Made by a program: the position numbers and the translations under genes
NCBI GenBank assembly: GCA_047495785.1
Contig: JBLDXI010000074.1
Span: forward strand, 1,364,001 to 1,428,000
Length of the DNA stretch: 64,000 bases
DNA from: Lepidodermella squamata
Taxonomy: Eukaryota > Animalia > Gastrotricha
Reading direction: 5' to 3'
Part shown: positions 1-11,618 of the stretch, one piece after another
How positions within the stretch are numbered: position 1 is the stretch's first letter
Layout of the letters: each line of letters begins with the position of its first letter
Notes under the pieces: model-generated
Databases searched by the model: none
Told to the model about the DNA's origin: nothing
What the model saw: only the letters and a program-made list of their open reading frames with translations

Positions 1-388
1 GCCAATTTTGAATCACGCACTTTGCACGAGTAGGATATGTAGGACGTTTTCGACCGATTTTATTGACTTCCAACGGCAACGGCATTTTGATTACGAATTT
101 ATGGAGACCCATATCAATAGGATCCTGCAGGACAGTGCGGAATCAGACGTTGCGTGGGCTTCGCTCCAATTTATCTCCGTGGTTTGAGCACTGCCGTTTT
201 TCATCAACGAACAGACGATATTCCGTGTTTTTCTTTGAGGAAGTGCGACAATAGAAAAGCTTGTTTGTGTTGAATTGATTTGAATGGGCGTTTTTTACAG
301 GTGTCAATAATAGCAGGTCTTGTTCGATTCAATTCACATTTTTGCTTGAATACCTAAACTTCAAACTAGAGTTTCTGACTCTTCCTTA

Positions 389-1693
389 ATGAAAATCCTT
401 CTTGATCTTCATTTTTATCGATTCGTAGCCTTTCTCCTATCGATTTGCACCGAGGCCTCTGCGCTGAATACTACGTCCAAGTTGGCTGAATCAACTTCTA
501 CAACCGAGTCATCGAACAAACAAGTAACCGATTCCATTGAAACTGCTAAAGAGCTCGCAATCGCAGGGTTTTTCGCTCGACAAGACGCTGATACGAATTC
601 ATCTTACATATTGGAGAAATGTCCGCACGTCTCGGCTGAACGCCTGTTCCCTGCCTTGGACAAGGAAGCGTACACAGTTTTGCTCCCAGTGACACTCCAA
701 TTTCAGCCCGAGTACTTCTACGGCATAAACGACGTTGATGAGACTCTCTCAATTGCCGCATCACCACGCATTATTTGGGATGTAGAGTGTCCTGATTACG
801 GCCCGAACGTTCGGTTTTTCCGTGAGATACTACCGCCGTCGCAGTTATATTCAAAGCCAAAGTTCAAACATTTGAATTCTGTGCGCGACCCGGGAATGAA
901 CCAGAATTTCGATGAAGTGTTCAAGATCGAATCAAACGGATATATCGTCAATGAACCTAATATGGTGTTCAGTTGGCAGAAGTACGGCGTATTTGAGTCA
1001 TTCTGCTTCATCTCCTACCGAGATTTCCCATTCGGAGAAACTGAGTGCGGAATTATTTTTGTGAGTACGCTGTCTCCGGAGATCATCAACATTTCATCGG
1101 CTTACATGGGCAGGTACAGTGACGCTATTCTGCAGCCAAGGCGATCCTGGACTTATAAAGCTAACCGGACTGCTATCGACACATACCGGGATGGCCGAGA
1201 AAGAACTTACCGAAGAGCCACGTTCTACTTGAAATTCAAACGTGTGCCAGACTACTATATTAGCAACCAAATTATACCATGCAGCGTTCTCGCATTGATG
1301 GAGGTATTCGGCCTTCTAATACCTCCTCGTTTCCCCGACCGTCCAGCGTTTGCTATGACAATTCTTCTTGCTCTAACGGTTCTGCAAGGCCAAGTGCTGC
1401 AAATTGTCCCGATAACTTCTGAAAGAATTTATCTCAACGACTTCGTTCTGCTGTGCTGCCTGATCGCCACTCTTTGCAGCGTCTACGCTTGCTTTACCAA
1501 CTGTTTAGCCAACTCGTCCGATAAGTCGCGCCCTGCCTTCATCTACCGAATGTTCAAGTTTCACCTCTGCAAACGGCTGTCGGTTTCGATTACTCTCGTT
1601 CGAATGGTCGACTGCATAATTGGCCTGGTTTCGCTTCTGTTTCTCGGGATGCTCGGTGTTTACACTTACACTCTAGCAGTTAAGTGGGGCTGA
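389..1693 (+). CDS. Cys-loop (pentameric) ligand-gated ion channel subunit, divergent, single-exon
   Basis: 434-aa ORF with signal peptide; Cys-loop C-x13-C (CFISYRDFPFGETEC) containing FPF; pre-M1 FKR and M1 YYISNQIIPC; M2 DRPAFAMTILLALTVL; four hydrophobic segments with a short M3-M4 loop. Confidence 0.88.
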   Translation: MKILLDLHFYRFVAFLLSICTEASALNTTSKLAESTSTTESSNKQVTDSIETAKELAIAGFFARQDADTNSSYILEKCPHVSAERLFPALDKEAYTVLLPVTLQFQPEYFYGINDVDETLSIAASPRIIWDVECPDYGPNVRFFREILPPSQLYSKPKFKHLNSVRDPGMNQNFDEVFKIESNGYIVNEPNMVFSWQKYGVFESFCFISYRDFPFGETECGIIFVSTLSPEIINISSAYMGRYSDAILQPRRSWTYKANRTAIDTYRDGRERTYRRATFYLKFKRVPDYYISNQIIPCSVLALMEVFGLLIPPRFPDRPAFAMTILLALTVLQGQVLQIVPITSERIYLNDFVLLCCLIATLCSVYACFTNCLANSSDKSRPAFIYRMFKFHLCKRLSVSITLVRMVDCIIGLVSLLFLGMLGVYTYTLAVKWG

Positions 1694-2079
1694 AAACAAC
1701 ATTTATACCTATTGCGTGTTCTGAAGAAATGAGAACGGCAATTTTAACAGAAAACAAACCGCTAAACCAGAAAAGCACTTGTGAGTGAAATAGGAAAACG
1801 CATCCTTATTAGGAATTGTACAAGTTTTTCACCGCTGTTTTGTGCCATAGCTGTTTTGAGAGCCTACCTCATACCGTATTTGCCTGTCCATCTCGGTGCG
1901 CGTTTCTATTGTAACACTGCATTGATATATTAAAATCGTCAAGCGTTGTTGTCTGCAAAAATTTCAATAATACAGGGTATATTCGAGGCTGAAGCGAAAC
2001 TCAGCATTCGAAAATTGCCAGAAACAGCTGCTATTATCGCGTCTTCGATTAAGCTATTAGCTATCAAGTTCTTAAATGA

Positions 2080-2260
2080 TCTTTACTTTATTAATCAGAG
2101 ATTTAGGGCTGGCGAAGATTCGCAGAATAGAAAGTCTGATATAGTTTGACGCTAATCATCTAGGTCGCTGCCAACGCCAAGGATTGGGAAGGGCAAGTCG
2201 ATAGGCTGCTTGAAGTTCAAACCTTTCGTAAATACTTTGACGTTTACGTAGAATTAGCTC
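2080..2260 (-). pseudogene. 3' remnant of the secreted tandem-family gene (paralog of 12846-13592)
   Basis: 2152-2208 encodes QPIDLPFPILGVGSDLDD* versus RPIDLPSPILGDDSDQDD* at 12846; the downstream flank also aligns with 12780-12845; upstream there is a stop/frameshift and no further homology. Confidence 0.75.
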
Positions 2261-2789
2261 TTTTTTCCTAGATTCGCGTCCTCACCTTCACTTCTACCTC
2301 ACCTCAATCACTAACTAAGCCAGATAATTGAAGGTATGAAGCGGCATATTATTTTTTCTGTCACAAAAATAAGTCCTAATCATTGTGCTAGAACATTTCA
2401 CTTTTTCAAATTTTCTTCCAGGCTTGGGTAAGGACCCTTCTCTTACTGCGTGTCTTGTTCACGGGTATGTAATTGGGTAACCGTAAACCGCATTAGTTTA
2501 AAGCCTCGATAAACCAGTTTCCGAATTCTTTTTAGTAGAGTCAATTTCCATTTAAAATAATTTTTTTGAAAATGAACAAAGCTGATGGAGAAAATGAACT
2601 CCAACTGCCGAGTAGTCGTGTGCCGAGTTGTCGTTTTCGATCGAATCATTGCCGAATCGACGTTTGTTGAATTGTCGTATTCCTAGTTGTCGTTGCTCAG
2701 TTGTCATACAACCCATGCAACGTGCATCGGACAGGGCAGTGCTCGTAGCCTTTTTTCTTGTGAAATTTGCCATACACCTGCCCTCGTCC

Positions 2790-3428
2790 ATTGCAATTCA
2801 CTGCGATAACCTTAAAACAAAATGTCTTAGACTATGTGGATTGATTTGTAGAGCCTTTACTAATACTTCCTTCAGACTTGAAGCCTACCGTGTGTATGTC
2901 CTTCCTATAATCGATTACTGTTCATCCGTAATTCGCCATACTTGCTAACTGTCATAGAATCACTAGAAAAATTACAATTTAATTTTCTCAAAAGAGCCTT
3001 TAATATACCTCGCTGCTCTCATATTACGTATGAATGTTTATTGAAACGTAGTGGAATGGACTCCTTGGAAAAGCGTCGCTTTAAAAATGATTTGAAATTA
3101 ACTTATAAGCTATATCACCACTTCTATTATGTCAATTTTGACGACTTCTATGAATTTTCTAAATCAAATTACGCTAGCAAACACCGGCTAAGACCTTCTA
3201 AGTGTAAACGCGATTGCAAAAAATATTTTTTTAACAGAAGAACAATTAATTATTGGAACAAACTACCTGCTGACGTCGTTTCTGCCTCTTTAAATGTTTT
3301 TAAACAATATCTTAATGTTGACTGTAACCTAGAGAAATATCTTTTATCCTCAGTGAGGCGCCTGGCTGGCTAATTGCATACGCATGAAAAGTGCACTTGC
3401 GACGACAAATAAATAAATAAAATAAACA
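2790..3428 (+). mobile_element. 5'-truncated non-LTR retrotransposon (CR1/L2-like ORF2 C-terminus), frameshifted
   Basis: Peptides YRVYVLPIIDYCSSV, LEKLQ..FLKR, SLEKRRFKNDLKLTYK and FFNRRTINYWNKLP are typical of the post-RT region of CR1/L2-type LINEs; (AAAT)n tail at about 3407-3428; frameshift near 2940. Confidence 0.85.
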
Positions 3429-3829
3429 AATTGGTCACCCGAGTTTTGGTCCAGTTGACGTAAGGGTCGTATCGGCGAAGCAATCAAGGGACTGCTGTAG
3501 CCCACCCAGTGGAGCCGATGGTCGGACATACTGGTCGTATTCATAAGTTCGCTTAACAGGCTGATCATCCGCATCGGCTTCGCTCGTTCCTTCACCGCGA
3601 TCTTCTGATATGCCATCGGATTCGCCATCGGATTCGGACTCCGAGGACAGCGGCAAATTTGCCACGAAAACAGAGAAAATAAATAGTACTTAGTGGGGAA
3701 AATGAAAACGCCATTCTCAGATTGATGAAATGAATGGAAAAACATTAGGCTTTTAAAACCTTTGCTGTGCTGAAGCTGCGCCGAAGCTGCGCCGTCCACA
3801 CGCCTTACACGGGCTGGAACAGCTTTATT

Positions 3830-3929
3830 TTGTCGGATGAAAAGAGCCGCCCTTGTCGGATGTTTTTAGTCACATTTTTGGTTGTCGGATGAAATAAGAC
3901 ATTGGTCGGATGAAAAAAGTCACACCCTG
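3830..3929. mobile_element. Possible DNA transposon end (subterminal TCGGATG repeats ending in CACACCCTG)
   Basis: Four GTCGGATG copies followed by a terminus reading CAGGGTGTGAC on the minus strand; no partner TIR found. Confidence 0.3.
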
Positions 3930-4287
3930 GTTTCATTTATTTTGATGAGATCAAGACTGAGCGGCAATTGCCCACTTCAAATCTTATACCACGTGACAGA
4001 GGTGCTCGCGTTCTATATGCACGCAAAATTTGTTGAACAACGGAGATATCTGTTTTAAGAAGCACTCCATTTAATAATACAGAGCAAAATGTTAGCTTGA
4101 GTGCTTACTCTGGTCACTTTTTTCTCTATGGAATTCACATATTACCTCATGAGCACTGAAAATACTCTGTAGCTTAAACGGCTTTCCAAGATCTTTAATT
4201 TTCATATTCAGAAGATTAACAGCGTCATTATTGATTCTCGAAAAAGCGATACGTTATCACTTATCATCAATGGCTTGGCCGCTGTCG

Positions 4288-5293
4288 TTACCCGAGGGTT
4301 AAGCCGATCGGGGGCTGCATTTCCCTTGGGGGCTGCACTTCCGTCTGGGAGTCGGTTAAGCCGATCGGGGGCTGCATTTCCCTTGGGGGCTGCACTTCCG
4401 TCTGGGAGTCGGTTAAGCCGATCGGGGGCTGCATTTCCCTTGGGGGCTGCACTTCCGTCTGGGAGTCGGTTAAGCCGATCGGGGGCTGCACTTCCGTCTG
4501 GGAGTCGGTTAAGCCGATCGGGGGCTGCATTTTCCTTGGGGGCTGCAATATGGGTTCCTGCATTATTGGCCGCTGCTCTAACGGCGAATCAATAGGACGC
4601 TGCTCGTACGGCGACGGTGTAGGCAACGCTTCTTGAACGGGGTCCCGGATAACGACATTTGTATCGAAATTCAACTCTCCGCGAGAATTCGTGTACTTGG
4701 TCAGTTCGGACCATTCAACAGGCCAGCGGATGGTCACAGTAGGATTCGGCGTGTAGTACTGCTGCGAGATGCCGTTCAGCACGACGCGAATGCCCATAAC
4801 CAGAGGCTTTCCGCCAGTTGTCGCTGGCTTCAGGGAGAGCGTGATGTCGTAGTCGAGCGATCGGCTGGGGGCAACAGTTTTGATGGTCGTAGCCAGAGAA
4901 GGCCGAAGGACTGTTGTCAGATATTGGCTTCGCTGCACCTTAAAATACCTGCATTGATCAAAAAAAATTTCCCTGTTTTTCTGTTTGGCCAGTCATGAAA
5001 ACTTACATTCCGCCGATGATATTCCTCGCGATTGGAACCTCGTCCGATTTGGTACCAGTGATGTTAGCCGCACTGAGTTGGTCGTTGTTTTTCAGCGAAC
5101 CGAAGCCGCAGAATGTCGCCGAGTAGGCTTGCGTTCTCGAGTCATCCGCATTCATCGCTGCATAACAGAATGCAAGGCAATGAATCTAGAATAAGCTTAT
5201 AGTACTATATTGATACTTACATTGCTTAGTTGTGGTCTGTGCGCTGTTTACACCGAGCAGTGCAGCCACAGAGAGTGCGATAAGCTGCCACAT
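4288..5293 (-). CDS. Unknown secreted protein, tandem family copy 1 (~294 aa) with Pro/Gln repeat tail
   Basis: Exons 5221-5293, 5007-5157, 4288-4948, all GT-AG and in frame; signal peptide MWQLIALSVAALLGVNSA; homologous to the copies at 12846 and 15024. Confidence 0.8.
4297..4548. repeat. 57-bp coding tandem repeat (DSQTEVQPPREMQPPIGLT)
   Basis: Three full 57-bp units (4297, 4354, 4411), a 39-bp unit and a partial unit. Confidence 0.95.
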
Positions 5294-5850
5294 TAGTAAT
5301 CTCTATTGCAGCACGTAGTGATTCAAAGATTGAAAACCTCCATTTTAGGAACTTTGTCAAGACTCTCGCTAAAAGGGCAGGGTAGATCCGTGTTGCAAAT
5401 GTTCAGGTATGGTCATGAGAACATAGGATTCCCCCAAATGCCCTCAAGAACTTGGAATAAGCCTCTAAGTTGTATCAAAGTTGCAAAGTTGGAGCAAAGA
5501 TTCTACAGTTACAGGAAACTGAACGGCATTAATATGCCTACTCAATTTCTCCATCATGTACATAGCCAAGAGGCAAGCACTTCAAAGCTTATTAATGAAA
5601 AGTTTCTGGTAGGATTATTCTCGTCGGTCGTGCTCAAGTAAACATTATTCGATACTCACTCAAGTCAGAAAGGCCGAGCCAAATATAAAAAAACGAGCAT
5701 TTAACCACGCGTTTTTTCTTCTCCGTGCGGTTATCCTATTGTCAATGCTGTTTTCTGACTAATCTGAATGATGAAAGCTGAATTTGAAAAAATAATAACC
5801 TGGGAGAGAAGAGAGAAGACGTAAAACTTGAGTAAAACTATTCCTAACTA

Positions 5851-6364
5851 CAGTGAAAATCATAAATTCCGCACGGTCAGGAATTTGTTGAGTTGAAACT
5901 AAAAATATCTCTAAGACGCGCCCGAACTATTTTTAGCACCAAGCTGGGTTTAAAATCAACTAAAAATAAAAAGTGTAACTCGGACAGACCAAAAATTTTG
6001 AATAGTTTTAAAAATATGAATATTTATAAGGCGCTATTAATATTCCGAAGCCCTCAAAGTTGATAATTATGTCGGTAAAATTCCGGAAACAATAAGTTTT
6101 CCTTTGTTGTAACCTTACTCTAAGTGCTCAAATTTTTCTGCAATTTTCGGCACTTAACTAAGAATGTCCTAGTTGCATGACACCTCATAAATATATTCAT
6201 ATTGTTGAAACTATCCCCCTTTCCTTGGAGCTATTATTGGAGCTCGTGAAAAAGGCGTCATCTTGGTCCGTTTTGCAGGGGTTGAAGAGCCTCATTTCGC
6301 ACGTGCGAAAAATGTCAACTAGCGTCGTCTCAATTCCACCGTGCGGATCTTTTGATTGCCACTG
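5851..6364. mobile_element. Tc1/mariner-type MITE
   Basis: TA on both sides; imperfect TIR CAGTGAAAATCATAAATTCCGCACGGT versus CAGTGGCAATCAAAAGATCCGCACGGT; similarity to the paralogous segment at ~16420 stops at this point. Confidence 0.75.
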
Positions 6365-6862
6365 TATGAACGAAATACCGTAACACATTAAGTTATCGAA
6401 AATCGCCTAAAAATGGGTAACACATCGCCCAAATTTTAAATCTGCTGATCAAAGTGACTGTGCGTGCAGCGCCGCATTTTGATCAAACGCGGCGCAAATT
6501 ACGCAACCTGCAGCAGGTTAAAGTAGGTTAAAGGTTAAAGTAGGTCTTACTAAGGAAATTCGCCGGAAAAAGAAAACCAATGATAAAAATAAGGTTAAAG
6601 ATAAGAAAAATAAAACCACCAAGAAACGAGAAAATAAGAAAAATCCCGGCGAAAAGGATTTTGAGATAAAATTATTCCCGATATCCAACTAGCGGAATCG
6701 GTTTCTTTCGAAAAAGATGAATGACGCATGGTTGTAAACTCGATTGAAAATTACGAATTCTATACAAAAAGCAGAATCCTCGACTGTGGGGGTAGGTGAG
6801 GATCGTTCTTCGCCTGCCTTTGCCCTCTTCAGAACCGGAAAACGGTACACGACGCTCAGTCC

Positions 6863-7891
6863 CATAGAGAACGTAGTGATCACTATATACAATATCTGGG
6901 AGCTTTGTAGCGGATAGCGGAAAATATTCGCCTGAAGGCCAGCTATGGAGACCTGAGGCGCAGCCGAAGGTCGGAATAGCGGCCTGAAGGCGAATATTTG
7001 ACCTATCCGCTAAAAGCTTCCAGATATAGTTGTTATCCGGATCACTATCCCCGACTATCCTCCCGAAATACCAAATTATCGCTACAATACAGGTATCACC
7101 TCAGTCGAATTAAGTGAAAATAACGAAAATAAAAAATCCAACTTAAAATTTTGCATCAAAGTTGCAAAAGCGAATGATTTTCAAAAGCTAATCATTTTTC
7201 ACTTTTTCGCCGCGATTTGAACATGCTTTTTTCACGCCCGTCCGCATCAACATGGGTGGCATCGATTCGGGCAAAACGTCAAGCCTATCTCTCGAATTGC
7301 GAATTGGCCGTTCAATTCTAGAAGCCAGGCTGCTAATACGCTTGAAGAATCTCCAGGCGACCAGCCAGTCACCCAGCAAAGGCAACGAAACGGTGTCGGC
7401 TATGGCGACTTGTTTCCTGTAACATCTTCTCTTGGCGCCACAACGGTTCTCGAGTAGATCTGGCCCCGCTCTGGAGCAATATCAGGCGCAAGTTTTGGCT
7501 GGCTCAAGCCTCGGCAATCGGCGATGATTCTCGACTCCGCTGGATTTTCTGCCGGATTCAACCTGATCCAACGGCAAAAATGGCTTGGCCCGCTTGTCCC
7601 CGTGTCTTTGCGGCAAATCCTTCAACTTAGTTAATTTTCTCGTAATTGCGAAATAATAAAATTTTGGGTGTCGCGGGGGTTTTGGCGCCTCAGTATTTTT
7701 TGTGACTTTTGTATCTGTGCTCAAAGAAATCGAAAATAGGGGTAATTGCTGCCAAAATTTCAAGCCATGACCTGAGTTTAAATCAGCCCGGATAGCATGA
7801 TATCCTGGCTCAAACAGCCCGGAATAGCAGAAAATATTCCGGGCTGTTTTACGGCGTATTTTCCACTATGATCCGGATAACGTTCTCTATG
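6863..7891. mobile_element. Non-autonomous DNA transposon, TIR CATAGAGAACGT, 8-bp TSD (P/hAT-like)
   Basis: catagagaacgt...acgttctctatg flanked by ctcagtcc at 6855-6862 and 7892-7899 (can also be read as a 10-bp TSD gctcagtccc); contains a ~135-bp internal hairpin at 6892-7027. Confidence 0.85.
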
Positions 7892-7914
7892 CTCAGTCCC
7901 GAAGAGAATTAATA

Positions 7915-8160
7915 AAAACATTATTATTATTATATTATACCTTGCGCCTCCTTAATCGCACTAGCCGGCGCCCTATCACTCAGAGCCACCGCAAGGGGCG
8001 GAAACACGTCTGGATAAGTAAACAACGGATGTAAAGGGCCTTGAGCGCTCTTATAGCACAGCGTTTCGCCACGACGTCTCAGTGGCGGGGTTCGATTCCC
8101 AGAGGTCGATTGTCACCCCATCAGGCCTGCCCTACACGACTAGGATCCACTCGGCCATAT
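7915..8160 (-). mobile_element. Possible tRNA-derived SINE
   Basis: Minus strand begins with an A-box-like TGGCCGAGTGG, has a degenerate B-box-like TCGAACCCC and ends in a (TAA)n tail near 7920-7935. Confidence 0.35.
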
Positions 8161-8268
8161 TAACATTATCGGGAAACATGTAAAGTTCTTTTCAAGGTGC
8201 TTTTATGGAGGGAAAATTGATATAAGGCGGATGGATAATTGCGCGGCAAAGTTTAACATTTCGGCTGC

Positions 8269-8685
8269 CAAAATATATGTTGTACGCCTACAGAGGATCT
8301 AAGCTTATACGGGATGAGCGATATTTTAAACTGTCATAGCGGCAAAACCGTGAGGGTGACTATCGATCATCATTTGTCAATCGATTGCTGTAATCAAGGG
8401 TTATCGATTGGTGTCTAATCGAAGTCCACGCGGCACATTCAGAGTCCAGTTTTGGTCAAAAACGCAAATTTTTCGCATTTTTTCAACTTTGAAGGCAAAA
8501 ATCATATTTCCAAAAGTTGTGCGCGGAATTCGATTTGGCACCAATCGATAACCCTTGATTACAGCAATCGATTGACATGTGATGATTGATAGTCACCCTC
8601 ACGGTTTTGCCATTATTTTGGATAAATACAATGCTCATACCCTAAAGGCTTAAATCCCCTATAGGCGTACAACATATATATTTCC
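8269..8685. mobile_element. Foldback MITE, same core family as 58169-58627
   Basis: Long inverted arms (aaaccgtgagggtgactatc...gatagtcaccctcacggttt; atatatgttgtacgccta...taggcgtacaacatatat); cggctgc direct repeat on both flanks. Confidence 0.8.
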
Positions 8686-8809
8686 GGCTGCACGCGTGTG
8701 ATTACGGTTACAAAGTAAACTTTTGGGCTTGGGCGCTGCAGGTTTCAAAATTGGACGCAGGTGAAGGATTTCCATCCAAAATTAGCCTTATAACTCAACA
8801 TTCTACATG

Positions 8810-10055
8810 CTAAATCACTTTGCCTAACCCTAGTCCTAATCTTAAGCCTAATCGACTCAAAATGTGCACAAGCCTTATAATTTCTGAGCCGAACTTCAAG
8901 TGGGTTAAAAATTTGAATTTAACCTTAAAACATATGCAACCTACAGCTATTCCTTTTCTGCAAACAGAACTCGAAAAGGACCCATGTTGCAAATCAGCAA
9001 AATTGCCTCATTTTTTATTGTTCTCTCAAATCGGCAAGATTTCGTCCAGGTATCAACAAGGTCACACAATATTACATAATTGTATAGCAATAATTTTGAA
9101 GCGCGACCGCCCCGCCTCGCTGCGTGACGCATTGAGAGCCGCAATTTTTAAGGTCATCGAGTATAATAATATTGCAATATGTATATCGGCATGTGTCAAC
9201 GAGCAGCGGAGCGGTAAATCACGCGATGTTTGAGATTAGCATTCCAATAGATTTCTATCAATATTATTATTTCAGTATAATATAATTATTGAAATAATTC
9301 TTCCAATATTAAGCTGTAAAATTGGTAGAAAATTTGTGAGCAATACAATTTTCCATTCACTGAAAGAGAGACAGACGTAATTTAGTAGTAGGGCAATAAC
9401 AGCTTTTTTGAGCAACGTGATGATAATTTTTTTGTTCAGTAAAAGGCACAATGATTTTTTTACAGGTCGAATTTTAGTTATAAAAAAAATTGCTACTATT
9501 TTTGATTGCACAAATTGAGCAAAAACTTTTTTCGCATAATCGCATAGTAATAATAATAAATTGAGCCGGATTATTTTTGTTTATCATGGCGACGAGTAAA
9601 AATGAAGTCGTAAATGGTATTGTACAATTTTTTACAATTTTAATACTAATTTTGTCGCACGTCAATGCTTTCGGTTGTACCGCCGGTGACTCGAATAGGA
9701 AGGCTGGCTGTCGGGCATGTAGTCGCGCTGCTGCTGCTGCCCTCTGCTGTCGAAGTTTTGCGCGTACCTTTGGCCGAGCGAGTTCGAGGAGGGTGAAGCA
9801 CTGTTTCCGCTGTTGCCGTTTTTACAGCCGTTTTCGCACTCTGCCTGTGTTTTGAAGTTGTTGTGATTGCCGCCGCAGCCCGTGTAGATGAACGGCTTGC
9901 ATACCTCGAGCGACGTGTCGTAGTAGTAACGCACGATTTGAGTGCGGCACGTGCCAGGGTCGACGGATTGCAGGCACTCACCTGAGGGGAAAATCGTGAT
10001 GTTAATTAACCTCAAAACGGAGACGTTGTAAAAGTGGATTCAGAAATTCGGTAAA
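8810..10055. repeat. Duplicated segment: last intron end, Kunitz exon and 3' region of the WAP/Kunitz gene (paralog ~16490-17855)
   Basis: Collinear high similarity, e.g. 8986-9660 with 16743-17443 and 9661-10050 with 17443-17860. Confidence 0.92.
9662..9981 (-). CDS. Orphan or alternative terminal exon encoding a Kunitz/BPTI domain
   Basis: Intact CAG acceptor (9982-9984) in the same phase as exon 17444-17787; six Kunitz cysteines, FIYTGCGGNHNNF; open to the same stop. Confidence 0.6.
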
Positions 10056-10067
10056 ATTGGGTCCTCT

Positions 10068-10518
10068 GTTAGCGGAGCCAAATTTTAGACTTTTTTAATG
10101 GCCTGAAATCACTTTTCGGATATTTATCGCAGGTCTAGATTGACCAAAATAATTCTAGAAAATGTACCAGTGAATTCAGCGCAACATTCTCCATAAGACA
10201 GAGTGTTCAATTCAGAATTCATGCTTAGCATAAAATTCGTAAAAATATTCAAAAAATTACTCTTGGTATATTTCGGCTTTGGTTCTGCAAAAAGCAAATT
10301 GGGTTCAGATGCAGCAAATTAGGTTCCGCTCATTGTAAATTGGCATGTGAAGGATTTTATTTGTACCACCATCCGTCATAGACGCTCTCGGCGAGTTGAC
10401 TCGAGCCTCATAACGAGTAAAATGTATCAAAACAATCATGCATGTAGTGTAAAAATATATAAAATGAGGTAGAAGTGATATCATGCCATCGTAGCTGTCT
10501 ATTAGGTTCCGCTAAAAG
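10068..10518. repeat. Dispersed repeat with GCGGAACC(T/A)AATTT motifs (related copies ~30365-30420, 31130-31215)
   Basis: Inverted ttagcggagccaa / ttaggttccgctaa at the ends; internal motif cluster matches the 30.4-kb and 31.2-kb sites in reverse complement. Confidence 0.45.
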
Positions 10519-10722
10519 ATATTTCGCTTCAAATATTGGTTCAATAAGCCTAGAAATTGCTTTTCCTACATAATTTTGTGGTGCTTTTTCAAAGATGAAC
10601 GAATTGTTAAACTTTCATCCAATCAGTCTAATTTTTTGGGCGCCGATAGCTGACCATCAGCTGTATCTTACCCCTAAACATCACGATTGGACCCCATATG
10701 GGAGAGTCGCAAAATAGTACTA

Positions 10723-10817
10723 CCGTAAATATTCAAATACAAGCCCAGGCGGCACTACAAAGAACATCGAAGTGCCGACAAAGAGTGCCGCCTGGGCTTG
10801 TATTTCGGAATTTACGG
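10723..10817. mobile_element. 95-bp hairpin MITE, pogo/Tc2-like (CCGTA termini, TA TSD)
   Basis: TA-ccgtaaat attcaaatacaagcccaggcggcact ... agtgccgcctgggcttgtattt cggaatttacgg-TA. Confidence 0.8.
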
Positions 10818-11618
10818 TATTTTAATTCTTTTTCACGACCCTGACGTGAATATGTACTGGAAGATGATCTGATGAAATTCGAATACTAGGTAGGTCTCAC
10901 TATGCTGCGTCTACCAGTGAAATTTCATGTTATCATCGTCAAATATCGAAATTCCACACCTTTTTGAATAACTCGGAAAAATCGAGAAAAACTATACCGT
11001 CATTTGGGGATATCTAGTAGTTTGGGGATAATCGGACAAATGTTCATGCAAGCAGAAGAATGAGCTTTACTCAGAAACGACGTGGCCGTTGGCAATGACA
11101 TTTTGCAGGGAGTTGGGTGGAAAGACGACTCATGTACCGCAAAAATTGCATGACCTGAGAGTTAGTGGTTGTGAAGATATGGCTTACCTTTGAGGTGTAA
11201 GTTAAACTCACTTTAACCACTGTTCTGCGGTAAATTACCTGGACCGGAAGAGAATTTTGCTAGACCAGCGCCCAATTTGTCCTGAATCTACAGACGCGAC
11301 GGCATCCATGGGCATCCATGGCATCCACGTTATGCACGAATGGCTTTACCCATTTTAATTACCGAAATTATTATCTGCCAAATAGCAGAAGCCAGTTAAC
11401 CTAGCAAACCAACCAGCTTCTCAACGTTCACCGATGATGACAAATAAGCGGACAATTTGGCATCCCACTCGGCGAGACGGCGGGGCAAACAACGAGCGCC
11501 GCAACGGATCGATGTTCATCTCTTATAAAAGAGCTGTTAAAAAGTCCAGAGGAGTCATTTCATTTTCGAAGTTTTATCTTTCCAAGTATTCCATCATTTC
11601 AAATTCCTAACGCCAAGC

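Noticed and set aside
4275-4595. Plus-strand repetitive ORF (GAAFPLGAALPSG)
   Set aside because: Antisense of the coding repeat in family copy 1.
8085-8102. tRNA gene suggested by GGTTCGATTCCC
   Set aside because: No cloverleaf; better explained as part of a SINE-like relic.
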